Notes under the pieces: generated by a model | Seen by the model: only the letters and a program-made list of their open reading frames with translations | Databases searched by the model: none | Told to the model about the DNA's origin: nothing | Made by a program: the position numbers and the translations under genes | Assembly: GCA_001783715.1 (NCBI GenBank) | Contig: MFNF01000017.1 | Span: forward strand, 19,366-83,365 | Length of the DNA stretch: 64,000 bases | Direction: 5' to 3' | Source: Candidatus Lambdaproteobacteria bacterium RIFOXYD2_FULL_56_26 | GTDB taxonomy: Bacteria > SAR324 > XYD2-FULL-50-16 | In this document: positions 1 through 8,731 of the stretch, piece after piece | How positions within the stretch are numbered: the stretch's first letter is position 1 | Layout: the number at the start of each line of letters is the position of its first letter

Positions 1-451
1 GTTCCACACAAACGTAGGTCTCTTGGGCCAATTCGGCGAGCAGTGGGAAGAGGCTTTTGTTGAGGCAGTCGGGCCTAGTGCCGATGATCAGCCCCAAGAC
101 CTCGGAGTCTTCCAAGGCAGCCCGGAGTTGTCGCTCCAGGTCCTGGGTCCGGGTGAAACTGTTGGTGTAGGGCTGGAAGTAGGCCAGAAACCCTTGGGTC
201 CTAAACCGCTCCTTCATGCCCGCCTTGTAGGCGGCAATCTGGGCGGCCACCGAAAGCTCGGGCCGGACGTAGATGCCCGCACTGCCCCATTCGTCGCAAA
301 AAACACAGACACCGATCTCCGAACTGCGGTTGGGGCAGCTTTGGGAGACCGACAGAGCCAGCTTGTGAACCTTTTGCCCAAACCTCTGTTGGTAGGCCTG
401 GGAGATGGAATGGTACCTCCTGCCGCCCCAGGATTCAGGAAAAGGGGGCAT
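1..451 (-). CDS. TIGR01212-family radical SAM protein (YhcC-like), N-terminal part; gene runs off the window at position 1
   Basis: Manual translation of the minus strand from ATG (complement of 449-451): MPPFPESWGGRRYHSISQAYQQRFGQKVHKLALSVSQSCPNRSSEIGVCVFCDEWGSAGIY...LAYFQPYTNSFTRTQDLERQL...LGLIIGTRPDCL. This has the same order and spacing of motifs as E. coli YhcC (GEKVHKLTLDAGFTCPNRDG...CTFC...YLAYFQAYTSTF...GTRPDC). Not in the ORF track because there is no stop in the window. Overlaps the helicase 3' end by 17 nt. Confidence 0.75.
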   Translation of the reverse strand, partial: MPPFPESWGGRRYHSISQAYQQRFGQKVHKLALSVSQSCPNRSSEIGVCVFCDEWGSAGIYVRPELSVAAQIAAYKAGMKERFRTQGFLAYFQPYTNSFTRTQDLERQLRAALEDSEVLGLIIGTRPDCLNKSLFPLLAELAQETYVCVE

Positions 452-1835
452 AGGCTCGGTGGTCCCGGCGTTTTTTGCTGGCATAAACCTCGGTGGTGCC
501 AATGGTAATCAATTCGTAAAGCAGTGCTTCCTTGCCTTCTTGTTTGCGCAGGATCCGGCCCAGTCGTTGGACATGCTCCCTAACCGTAGCGGTGCCCGAA
601 AGGATGACCGCCACTTGGGCTTCGGGTACGTCCACCCCTTCGTTGAGGACCCGGGAGTTGACCAACACCGGCCAACGTCCGTCCCGAAACCGGGCCAGAA
701 TCTCTTTGCGTTCCTTGGCCTTGGTCTCGTGGGTGATCAACGGCAAAAGGAACAACCCCGAAACCAAGTAGGCGGTTTTGTTGTCGTTGGTGAAGATCAG
801 GATACGTGATCCCTGGTGCTTGATCAAGAGCTGGGCCAAGAGATCGAACTTTGCCTTGGCGCAGAGGCCCAAGTCCTTCTGGATGGCAAAGGCCTTGAGG
901 GCCTCCCTGCCCTCGGGGCTTTTGTAGGCGTGCATGACAAACCGGCTCCAGGAGGTGTTGCCCCGAAACAGTAGGTTGAATCCGTCCTTGAACTCCAGGT
1001 AGATGGACCGGTAATGTTCGTAGGCCTCCCGCTCCTCCTCGTCCAGCTCTACCGGTAGGGTGACCACCTTGTAGGGGCTCAGGTGGCTACCGCTGAGTTG
1101 GTCGATCTGTTGTTGGTACACCACCGGGCCGGTCAGTTCGGCGCTGAGGGCGATGCGCTCCGGCTCGGCCACCGGGGTGGCGGTCAGACCCAATCGGTAA
1201 GGGGCAATGTAAGACCGGGCCATTTCGGCCAAGCCGGGGCTGGGCAAGTGGTGGCACTCGTCAAAGACCAACAGGCAAAACCGATTGCCCAGGTTGGGGG
1301 CCAAGTTCCGGGCCGAGTCGTAGGTCGAAACGGTCAGGTCCTTGATCTCGTGACTGCCGCCGCCCAAAAGCCCCACCTCGACCCCAAAGGCCTGTTCCAG
1401 GTTCTTTTGCCATTGGAGGATCAAATCAATGGTCGGAGCCAGGACCAACGTACTTCTACCTAAGGATTGGATCACCATTTGGGCCAAAAAACTTTTGCCC
1501 GATCCGGTGGGCAAAACACAGACCCCTCTTTTGGAGCGCTCCCACCGGGCCAAGGCCTCGGTTTGGTAGTCGTGGGGCCGGTGGGGGCTTTGCATTTTCA
1601 GTTCGAGCTTGTTATACTGGGCCGCCAAGTCCTGGTAGGGCAATTGGGCCTTAAAAAACCAGCGGATCAGGTTCCGGTACTCCTGGGCCAAGGCCCGGTA
1701 GGCCCCGATCCGGTCATCCCAGACCAAAAAGGGCAGCTCCTTGGCCACCTTGTCGCTCTTGGGCAGGCCAAGGGTCAGGGTGCCACGTTCAAACCGAATC
1801 TGTGGGCCTTTGGGCGAACTTTCCAGGAATTCCAT
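435..1835 (-). CDS. XPB/Rad25-family SF2 DNA helicase (DEAH-type, DECH variant)
   Basis: 466 aa. Walker A VLPTGSGKS, LVLAPTIDLILQWQ, DExH box FDECHH, LGLTATPVAEPERI...GPVVYQ, helicase C-domain VLVNSRVLNEGVDVPEA...QRLGRILR. Collinear with ERCC3/XPB (LGLTATLVREDDKI...GPKLYE). Confidence 0.8.
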   Translation of the reverse strand: MEFLESSPKGPQIRFERGTLTLGLPKSDKVAKELPFLVWDDRIGAYRALAQEYRNLIRWFFKAQLPYQDLAAQYNKLELKMQSPHRPHDYQTEALARWERSKRGVCVLPTGSGKSFLAQMVIQSLGRSTLVLAPTIDLILQWQKNLEQAFGVEVGLLGGGSHEIKDLTVSTYDSARNLAPNLGNRFCLLVFDECHHLPSPGLAEMARSYIAPYRLGLTATPVAEPERIALSAELTGPVVYQQQIDQLSGSHLSPYKVVTLPVELDEEEREAYEHYRSIYLEFKDGFNLLFRGNTSWSRFVMHAYKSPEGREALKAFAIQKDLGLCAKAKFDLLAQLLIKHQGSRILIFTNDNKTAYLVSGLFLLPLITHETKAKERKEILARFRDGRWPVLVNSRVLNEGVDVPEAQVAVILSGTATVREHVQRLGRILRKQEGKEALLYELITIGTTEVYASKKRRDHRAYAPFS

Positions 1836-2049
1836 GAACAGACAAAAAGGGGAGGTGCCCCACGATCGGTTGCTTTTGAGTAAGGCGGTGGCCGAAAAAC
1901 TTTACCTGAAAATCTCCTTTCCCGACGGAGAATACTTGATCGATCAGCTCCGTTGGCATACGGTGGAGCATCTTGGGTTGCAAACCGGAAAAGTGGTGAA
2001 CCAACGGGCGATCAAGTACTGGGAAATCTTGCCGGAATACCGCCCTTAA
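1834..2049 (+). CDS. small hypothetical protein (72 aa), divergent from the helicase
   Basis: ORF starting MNRQKGEVPHDRLL...; part of ORF-track entry 1741..2049. No recognisable motif; coding status uncertain. Confidence 0.2.
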   Translation: MNRQKGEVPHDRLLLSKAVAEKLYLKISFPDGEYLIDQLRWHTVEHLGLQTGKVVNQRAIKYWEILPEYRP

Positions 2050-2337
2050 AAAGTCCGCTTTTCCAAGAAATTTTACCTGTCACCGGTCGGACCAAAGTTG
2101 AACTTTACTTGAACTTTAAAGTGCAACTTCCAGAGAATCCACGGGAGCGCACCGGCGGGTCCTAGTGGCAGTATGGGGAAAGACCAAGGGGCATTTGAGG
2201 GCAGTTTGCCAAGTTGGGGAACCCATTGGGCCCGTTTCCCCGTCTGAAAAAACTCCCGGCAGACCGCCCCAAAAATCGCCCCAAAGCTTTTCTCGTCTTG
2301 TCAGACTACCGCTAACCTTTGCTTTTTACAAGCCCGG

Positions 2338-4233
2338 ATGATCGAGCCAAACCGCAACCTAGCACCCGAACGGGTGGGCCACTTGCCCCCCGAAAGCCGC
2401 ATCGCCGTTCGCCCGACCAGGAGGCCTCTGGTCGTCCCCGAAACGACCCAAGAGAAGCTCAAGTTCTGGGTTTGGCCGATGGGGATCCTGATCTCGATCA
2501 CCACCTTTTTGTACCTGGGCTTCGGGCTGCTGAACTTCAACTTCCACGGGGAAGACTCTTTTTTGGTGCTGGCCTTTTCTTCCTCTGGAGAGGCGGTTGC
2601 CGATGCCCTGAACCCTTTTACCGGTTTCTTGTCGGCCATCTTGGGGATCATGATCACGGTCATTGCGATCGTACTCCAGTTGGCCGCCCAAAGGTACGGC
2701 ACCCGGCTGATCGATTTGTTCTTGGAAGACCAAGTCAACCGGGCCTACTTCGCCTTTATGGTCTGCACCCTGATCTACTCGGTTTACATCACCTATTCGA
2801 TCAAGGACACCTTCTTTGCCCAGTTGGCGATTTTCCTGCTGGTGGTGGCGACCCAGGTCGAGATTGCCCTGTTGGCCCCCTATTTTTTGTACCTGTTTAA
2901 ATTCTTGACCCCCACCAACTTACTGCACAGCATCCAGGTCTCTTCCAAGACAGCGGTGCTTTCGGTGATCAAAACCAAGCCCGGAGAATCCTTGGGCCCG
3001 GCCCAGGCCGAAGTGGCCGGGGCAATCGAACAGGTCACCGACTCGGCTCTTTCGGCGGTTAACCAGATGGACCGCAACCTGGGGCTGATGGCGCTCAACC
3101 AGATGCGGGAGATGGTGCTGGATTACCAGCAACTCAAACAGCAGTTGCCCCCTGAATGGTTCATCGTCCCCCAGGAATATTTCGTGGGGATTTCGCAGGT
3201 CTTTTACCAGGAAATCTGCGAAAAACGGCTGTGGGTCGAAACCAAAGCCTGCATGGACCTGGAGTTGATCTACAAAAACTCCATCCGGGTGATGCCCGAT
3301 GCAGTTTCTACCATTGCCAGGAACATCCGCCTGTTGGCCGAAGAAGCAATCCGGGACCGGGACGACGAGGTGCTGGACCTGATGGTCCAGTTTTTTAACA
3401 CCTACATCCGCATTGCCATCAACGACAAAAACGTGCGGGTGATCTTCAACCTCTTTTACCAATACCGCCTGCTGGCCGAAGCGGTGATGGACTACGACCC
3501 GGAAGTGGCCTCCAAAATCCTCTTTTATTTTAAGTACTACGGGGAAACCTGTCTGCAACAGGGGTTGTGGTTTGTGATGCTCACCGCCGCCTTTGACTTG
3601 GGTGGTATGGTGGCGGTGGCCTATGACAAAAAGGTCAAAAACTTTGAAAAGATGTTGCTGGTTTTTTTGAGCCTCGAAGACAACGTGGATCCCAAAAAGG
3701 ACTTTCTCGCCTTTGACGCAATCCGCAAAGCCCAGCTGATCCTTTCCACCTACATGTATTCCAAGGGTGAATCTGCCTTGATCGGGCTGGTGATCGAAGA
3801 CCTCAAAAGCGAAACCTTGGAAAAACTGCACCACTACCGCAACGCCTTGTTGGGGGTCAAATCCAAGAAGTTTTGGGAGGTGACCGACCGGGGTTATACC
3901 TTTGAATACATGGAGCCGGATCAAAAGGAATGGTTGGGCCGGTTTTTTGAGGAGTACATCCTGCCCCAGCAACACCTGTTCAAACAGGCCCCGGCGGAAG
4001 TTGCGCCGGTTTTGACCGAACGGCAGAGGTTGGAGCGGGAGGCACAAGAACAGTTGGCCAACGAATCCCTAAAGGAAGCGGCGGTCCAAAAGGCCCAGGC
4101 GGAGACGTTGGACCAAGAGGCGGCCAAGGCGGCCAAAAGGACGACCCGCAAAAAAGACGGTACCGAAAAACCCGCCAAAGCCCCGCGCAAGCCGAGGGTG
4201 CCAAAAACCCCTCCTTCCGATCAGGCGGTTTAA
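2338..4233 (+). CDS. DUF2254-like polytopic membrane protein with a Lys/Ala/Glu-rich C-terminal tail
   Basis: 4-5 N-terminal TM helices. LQLAAQRYGTRLIDLF resembles the DUF2254 signature (QL..Q.sPR..r.F). C-terminus is low complexity (KAAKRTTRKKDGTEKPAKAPRKPRVPK). Start codon uncertain. Confidence 0.55.
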   Translation: MIEPNRNLAPERVGHLPPESRIAVRPTRRPLVVPETTQEKLKFWVWPMGILISITTFLYLGFGLLNFNFHGEDSFLVLAFSSSGEAVADALNPFTGFLSAILGIMITVIAIVLQLAAQRYGTRLIDLFLEDQVNRAYFAFMVCTLIYSVYITYSIKDTFFAQLAIFLLVVATQVEIALLAPYFLYLFKFLTPTNLLHSIQVSSKTAVLSVIKTKPGESLGPAQAEVAGAIEQVTDSALSAVNQMDRNLGLMALNQMREMVLDYQQLKQQLPPEWFIVPQEYFVGISQVFYQEICEKRLWVETKACMDLELIYKNSIRVMPDAVSTIARNIRLLAEEAIRDRDDEVLDLMVQFFNTYIRIAINDKNVRVIFNLFYQYRLLAEAVMDYDPEVASKILFYFKYYGETCLQQGLWFVMLTAAFDLGGMVAVAYDKKVKNFEKMLLVFLSLEDNVDPKKDFLAFDAIRKAQLILSTYMYSKGESALIGLVIEDLKSETLEKLHHYRNALLGVKSKKFWEVTDRGYTFEYMEPDQKEWLGRFFEEYILPQQHLFKQAPAEVAPVLTERQRLEREAQEQLANESLKEAAVQKAQAETLDQEAAKAAKRTTRKKDGTEKPAKAPRKPRVPKTPPSDQAV

Positions 4234-5018
4234 TGAACAAGGTCCGGTTCTTAGGGGGGCTATTGTTGGTCCTGCTGCTTTGGGTGCCTTTGGCCCAGGC
4301 GGAGCCCAATCCCTATGAGACCAAGATCCTCAGAAAGCAGGTGATGACCCAGCTGATGTCGCTGATGGAAATGTGGAAGGAAGAACTCTATTTCGACATG
4401 TACGACCTGGGCCAACGGGCGGCAAAAAAACGGCTCTCCAAGGCGGAGTTTGCCCAGCGGATGGTGGACCTGTCCTGGAAACCGGCGTTGACCGAAAACG
4501 ATGTAAAATCGGTCCGCATCCTTTACCGCAACTATGTTCTGCTCGATGTGCGGGTCAACTTTGAATACAAACTCAACCCGACTCGGAAGCTGCTCAAGGA
4601 TATGACTTTGACCGCCATCCTGGAGGAAAAGGGCTGGAGGTTTGACCTGACCCAACTGATCCGGGTTCCCTTCGCCGGGAAGTTTGTGGACCTGGAAGCT
4701 GAGAAAAAGTACTCCGAGCTGGTCGCCAAGCAGCAGATGGAAGAGGCCTTGGCCAAGGAAGAGGCGGTGAAAGCCGCTTGGATCCAAAAGAAAAAGGACA
4801 TCGAAGACGGCAAGGTCCAGGCGACCCCGGAAGAAGAAAAACGAATCCAAGACGAAGAAGCCGCCAAAGAGGCAGGGCAAAATCCGCCCGACCAAACCAG
4901 CGATGCCGCAGCCCAGGGACAAGCTCCGGCCGGTGCCCCAGGCCAAGCTCCGGCTGCCCCCGCCAAAGAGGCGAAACCTGCGGCCAAAAAGCCGAACAAC
5001 CAACCAGAAAGCGAATGA
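4233..5018 (+). CDS. secreted hypothetical protein with signal peptide and Ala/Pro/Gln-rich C-terminus
   Basis: N-terminus MNKVRFLGGLLLVLLLWVPLAQA is a classic signal peptide. TAATG overlap with the upstream gene. C-terminal AAQGQAPAGAPGQAPAAPAKEAKPAAKKP low complexity. Confidence 0.55.
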   Translation: MNKVRFLGGLLLVLLLWVPLAQAEPNPYETKILRKQVMTQLMSLMEMWKEELYFDMYDLGQRAAKKRLSKAEFAQRMVDLSWKPALTENDVKSVRILYRNYVLLDVRVNFEYKLNPTRKLLKDMTLTAILEEKGWRFDLTQLIRVPFAGKFVDLEAEKKYSELVAKQQMEEALAKEEAVKAAWIQKKKDIEDGKVQATPEEEKRIQDEEAAKEAGQNPPDQTSDAAAQGQAPAGAPGQAPAAPAKEAKPAAKKPNNQPESE

Positions 5019-6685
5019 ACCAGCCGCTCCAAAAGCACCAGTTCCTCTTGGGGAGACTGCTCAATCTCCAGGTTTTGAGTCACTCCGAGGGTTTTAAGGG
5101 CTTTGACCTGCCCCAAGCCTTGCAGGCTTTACAACATTGGCGGGAAGAGGATTTGGCCGGTCTTTCCCAGATGCTCAAGGATCTGGAGGGAGAAGAGCGG
5201 TTCAACCGCTGGAAACTGATCTTCCAGGAAACCGCCGGGCCCTTGGCCTCTAGGACTCCTGCCCTACCCCTGACCTTGCAGCGGGTTTACCAACAAGAGC
5301 TGGCCGGTCTTGACCCTTGGCTGTACCTCGCTTGGATGCAAAGTCTGGTGGCCGCCAGGTTGTTGGAACAGAAATTTGGGGACCAAGACCCACAGGTGAA
5401 AGGCCTTTTGGACGGGACGATACTGGGGGCAGTGGATTGGTTTTTCCCCGCCCTGGGGGACCTGGAAGCAACCCTGCTCGCCCAAGGCCCAGGACCCTAC
5501 CGGTTGACCGGCCGGACTCCGGCGCTGGTGGGCCGGTACCTTGAGTTGAATCATCTAAAAACCCTGTTTTTGGTTTTAGCCAAGCTGGGCAGCCCGGAAG
5601 GGGAAAAACTGGGCCTCTTTTTGTCCGCCGTTGGAGCGAGCCCCTTGGTGCCTGTTCGGGGGCCGGTGGGGGTTGGAGCGGTGGACTTTGCCCAACCAAC
5701 GGAAGAAGCCCAGTTGTTGGAATTCATCGACCCAACCTGTTCCGTTTTGGCCCTGGCTGCGGACCAAGTCCTGCTGTTGCAATCCTCCCTCTGCACCCAG
5801 GCCTGCCAAGCGGCCCTGGAAGCGGGGCAGCAAAAAAGGGTCCAAGACCTAGAGGACCCCAAAAAAGACATGGCCTTGCTGTACCACCCCCTGGCGGCGG
5901 ACCAGCTGGTGGAGATCAAGGGGTTGGCCGAAGGGCTCAACGGGGCGGTGTTGCAGATCGCCTTTTACCAGGACTGTCTGAGCCAAGCCAAGCCGGGGCA
6001 GGAAGAGTACTTTTCGGATCTGCTGGAGCTTTACCGCACGGTCCTCAAGGTGTATGCAGGCAAACATGTGCCCCAGGCCCTGCTTTCTGCCGTAAAGTTG
6101 ACCGGAAACGACCGGTTGGAGCTGCTGGACGGACTGCAAATCTCCGGTCTGGTCGGTCTTTTGGGCGGTTCGGACCTGGACTGGTGCGCCAGATTCGTCA
6201 CCGAAGTGTTACCCCGCAATGAGGGCCGTGCCTTTGCGAGCCTGTTCAAGGAATTTGAGCAGGTCAGCCGGTTGGCGGCCAAAACCGGGGGACTCAAGGA
6301 AACCATCGGAATCTTCACCGACTTTGCCGGGGGGTTGTTCCTGCTGGTCAACGACCTATGGAACCCGGAGGCAGGCAAAAGCGCCGCCGCACTGGTCAAC
6401 GCCCGGACCCTGGTGGACCTGTTTGGAGACATGATTCTGGCTTATCTCTTGATCCGCCAAGCCTATGAATCCGAACTTTGGTTGGCCGAGCAGGGGGCCA
6501 ACTTCTTCCACTTGGGCCAAGATGCGGTCCAAAACCCGGACCTCCGGCCCTACCACAACCGGATCGTCCTGGCAGAGCGCTTTGCGATCCAACACCTGGC
6601 CCGGCAAGAGGGGCAGATCCGGGTGATGCAGCGCAATCTGGCTCCGGCGCTCAATGGGCTGCTGGAAAGCGAGGGGAAGGAGTAG
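5015..6685 (+). CDS. hypothetical protein (556 aa)
   Basis: In-frame ATG at 5015 (MNQPLQKHQ...) with ATGA overlap to the upstream stop. The ORF-track start at 4778 lies inside the previous gene and is rejected. No confident domain. Confidence 0.5.
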   Translation: MNQPLQKHQFLLGRLLNLQVLSHSEGFKGFDLPQALQALQHWREEDLAGLSQMLKDLEGEERFNRWKLIFQETAGPLASRTPALPLTLQRVYQQELAGLDPWLYLAWMQSLVAARLLEQKFGDQDPQVKGLLDGTILGAVDWFFPALGDLEATLLAQGPGPYRLTGRTPALVGRYLELNHLKTLFLVLAKLGSPEGEKLGLFLSAVGASPLVPVRGPVGVGAVDFAQPTEEAQLLEFIDPTCSVLALAADQVLLLQSSLCTQACQAALEAGQQKRVQDLEDPKKDMALLYHPLAADQLVEIKGLAEGLNGAVLQIAFYQDCLSQAKPGQEEYFSDLLELYRTVLKVYAGKHVPQALLSAVKLTGNDRLELLDGLQISGLVGLLGGSDLDWCARFVTEVLPRNEGRAFASLFKEFEQVSRLAAKTGGLKETIGIFTDFAGGLFLLVNDLWNPEAGKSAAALVNARTLVDLFGDMILAYLLIRQAYESELWLAEQGANFFHLGQDAVQNPDLRPYHNRIVLAERFAIQHLARQEGQIRVMQRNLAPALNGLLESEGKE

Positions 6686-6772
6686 GCCGGTCAAGCTGAA
6701 GGGGCTGACTGGGGGCCAAGAGCAGGACTCTTTGGCCGGTTCCTTTACCCCCGTCGCCAGTGACGTTTGGGG

Positions 6773-8608
6773 TCAGCTCAGGTTTGGGTTGGTCGCCCCT
6801 TTTTCCAACATCCACTTCCAGTTCAGCTGCAACCTTGTCAAGGCACGGGTCTGCTTGAGGGAGACGTAGATCTTGTACAGATACGCCACCGCTTGGGGCT
6901 CGGGCTTGATCAGGAGCAGGGCCTCAAAGGCGGAAATGGCTCTTTGGTAGTCCTTCTTGGCCAAGGCGGCCTTGCCTTGGGCCATCAGCTCGTCCGGGCG
7001 GCTTTGGTTTTGTAGTTCCTTGATGTCCCCCACCAGTGCGGCATGTTCCTTTTCCAGGGCCTGGACCTTTTCGGTATTGTTCAAGGCCCGGTGCAGCTTG
7101 ATGGCCTTTTGCAGCAATTCCGGCCGGTGGGCGAGCTTGGCACAGTATTCAAAGGCCTGGGCGGCTTCCTTGATCCGGTTGGACCGGTACATCAGGTCGG
7201 CAAACTGGTCGAACAACTCCACCCCCGCCGCAAGGATCTTTTTTTCAATCCCGTTCAGGCCCCGGCTCTGCTCGAAGGCCAGGGAAACCTTTTCAAAGGC
7301 CGGGGTGATTTGGCCGCAGGAAAGATGGGCCTTGGCCAGACTCAAGGCCAGCTCGGGGGTCGGGTAGTTTTCCAGGGCCACTTCCAGGTACTTGACCGCC
7401 TGTTCGGGCTTTTCTTGGGTGATTAACTTGGCGGCCTGCTCTTCCAGAGCACTAGGGCCAAAGACCCAGCCGGTTTCCTCCAGCAGGGCGGCGGTCTTGA
7501 GCAGGTACTTGGCCGCTTCGGTCCTCTGGCCGTGGGTTTTGTACAGCTGGCCCAGGTTGACGTTGACGTAACGGTTCCGAGGGTGGTTCTTGGCCAGCGA
7601 TTCTAAGAGCGAAAAGGCATGGGCTTGGTTGCCGAGTTGGAAAAAACAAAGGGCCCGCAGCAGGTCCAAGTACAAAAACCGGCTCTTTTTGGCCTTGAGT
7701 TGGTCCAGCTCGGTCAGAGCGGCTCCGGCTCGTTTGTGTTGGTACAAAAAGAGGCCCAGGTTAAAAAGGTGGGCTTCCAGCAGCCCAAAACCAGGTTGGC
7801 CCGCCTCTAGGTTCAAAAAAGGTGCCGCCTTTTGGCGCAAAGCCAGTTCCAGCAAATCTTCACTGATCTCGATTTCCTGTTGCTCCAACATCGTTACTTG
7901 GTCGCACAGGGCAATGGCCTCTTCGATCTCGACAATTGAAAAACTGGCGGCTTTTTTGCGGATCAATAACACCATTTCTTGGCATTGCTCTTCCTTTTGG
8001 CTGGCCGACATCTGTTGGCGCAGTTGGTTGAGCAGGTCGGGGCCACCCAAAAAGTCGGGAAGGTGGTGCTCGTCATTGCGGGCCAAACGGTCCAGGGCGG
8101 TTTTGGCCTCCTGGTCGAAGAGGTCCACCCCGGCTTCCAAGGCCGCCAGATTGTACTGGGGGTAAACATACTTGGGGTTTTTGGCCAACGCCAGCCGGTA
8201 AAACTCTTTGGCCAAGTCCAGTTGCCCGGCCCGGCGGTGGATGTGGCCGAGCTTGTTGGTCAGGTCAAAGTCCTCGGGGAAGACATCCAAAAGCGCCTTA
8301 CCCAGGGCCAGGGCCTCTTCGGTCCGTCCGGCGGAAAGGGAATGGGAGAGGTGGGTGCGCAGCCGTTCGGCGGTTTTTACCGGCGCAAGCTTGAGGGCGG
8401 TCACAAACAGCGCCTCGGCCACCGAGTAGGCCTGCCGCTCGAAGGCAATCAGACCTTCGGTGACCTGGGCTTCCGCTGACAGGTTGGGGCTGCCGTTTTG
8501 GGCAGTTTTGGGGGGAGTTGAACCTAAAAAACCTAGCTTTGCCACTGTGATACCCAAGACCTCAGGAACGAATGGTGTTGCCCCAGAGAAGTAGGGAGTT
8601 TTCCCCAT
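6773..8608 (-). CDS. tetratricopeptide (TPR) repeat protein
   Basis: 611 aa with many 34-residue TPR-like units (e.g. AEALFVTALKLAP, ALALGKALLDVFPED, EFYRLALAKNPKY). Confidence 0.75.
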   Translation of the reverse strand: MGKTPYFSGATPFVPEVLGITVAKLGFLGSTPPKTAQNGSPNLSAEAQVTEGLIAFERQAYSVAEALFVTALKLAPVKTAERLRTHLSHSLSAGRTEEALALGKALLDVFPEDFDLTNKLGHIHRRAGQLDLAKEFYRLALAKNPKYVYPQYNLAALEAGVDLFDQEAKTALDRLARNDEHHLPDFLGGPDLLNQLRQQMSASQKEEQCQEMVLLIRKKAASFSIVEIEEAIALCDQVTMLEQQEIEISEDLLELALRQKAAPFLNLEAGQPGFGLLEAHLFNLGLFLYQHKRAGAALTELDQLKAKKSRFLYLDLLRALCFFQLGNQAHAFSLLESLAKNHPRNRYVNVNLGQLYKTHGQRTEAAKYLLKTAALLEETGWVFGPSALEEQAAKLITQEKPEQAVKYLEVALENYPTPELALSLAKAHLSCGQITPAFEKVSLAFEQSRGLNGIEKKILAAGVELFDQFADLMYRSNRIKEAAQAFEYCAKLAHRPELLQKAIKLHRALNNTEKVQALEKEHAALVGDIKELQNQSRPDELMAQGKAALAKKDYQRAISAFEALLLIKPEPQAVAYLYKIYVSLKQTRALTRLQLNWKWMLEKGATNPNLS

Positions 8609-8687
8609 CTCTGGCGACAGACTACCAAAATTCCTTGAAATGCCTAGGGAAAAAATGGAAAAATCGATAGGTGCAAATACCTAGACC

Positions 8688-8706
8688 GAGCCCCAGCCGG
8701 GGCTCG
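8688..8706 (-). terminator. possible hairpin downstream of glyA (weak)
   Basis: cgagcccc-agcc-ggggctcg, an 8-bp stem about 25 nt past the glyA stop on the minus strand. The U-tract (complement of aaaaatggaaaaa) is displaced about 20 nt, so this is not a canonical intrinsic terminator. Confidence 0.25.
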
Positions 8707-8731
8707 ATCAGGTGATGTCCGATGGATAGGA

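Noticed and set aside
23-508. 161-aa plus-strand ORF
   Set aside because: Antisense to the clearly homologous radical SAM coding frame; Gly/Leu/Pro/Val-rich composition typical of reverse-strand reading of high-GC genes.
2920-4047. 375-aa minus-strand ORF
   Set aside because: Lies entirely antisense within the DUF2254 membrane-protein gene; no motif.
4778-5014. N-terminal extension of the 635-aa ORF
   Set aside because: Overlaps the upstream secreted-protein gene in another frame and is Arg/Pro-rich junk; the in-frame ATG at 5015 with ATGA coupling is preferred.
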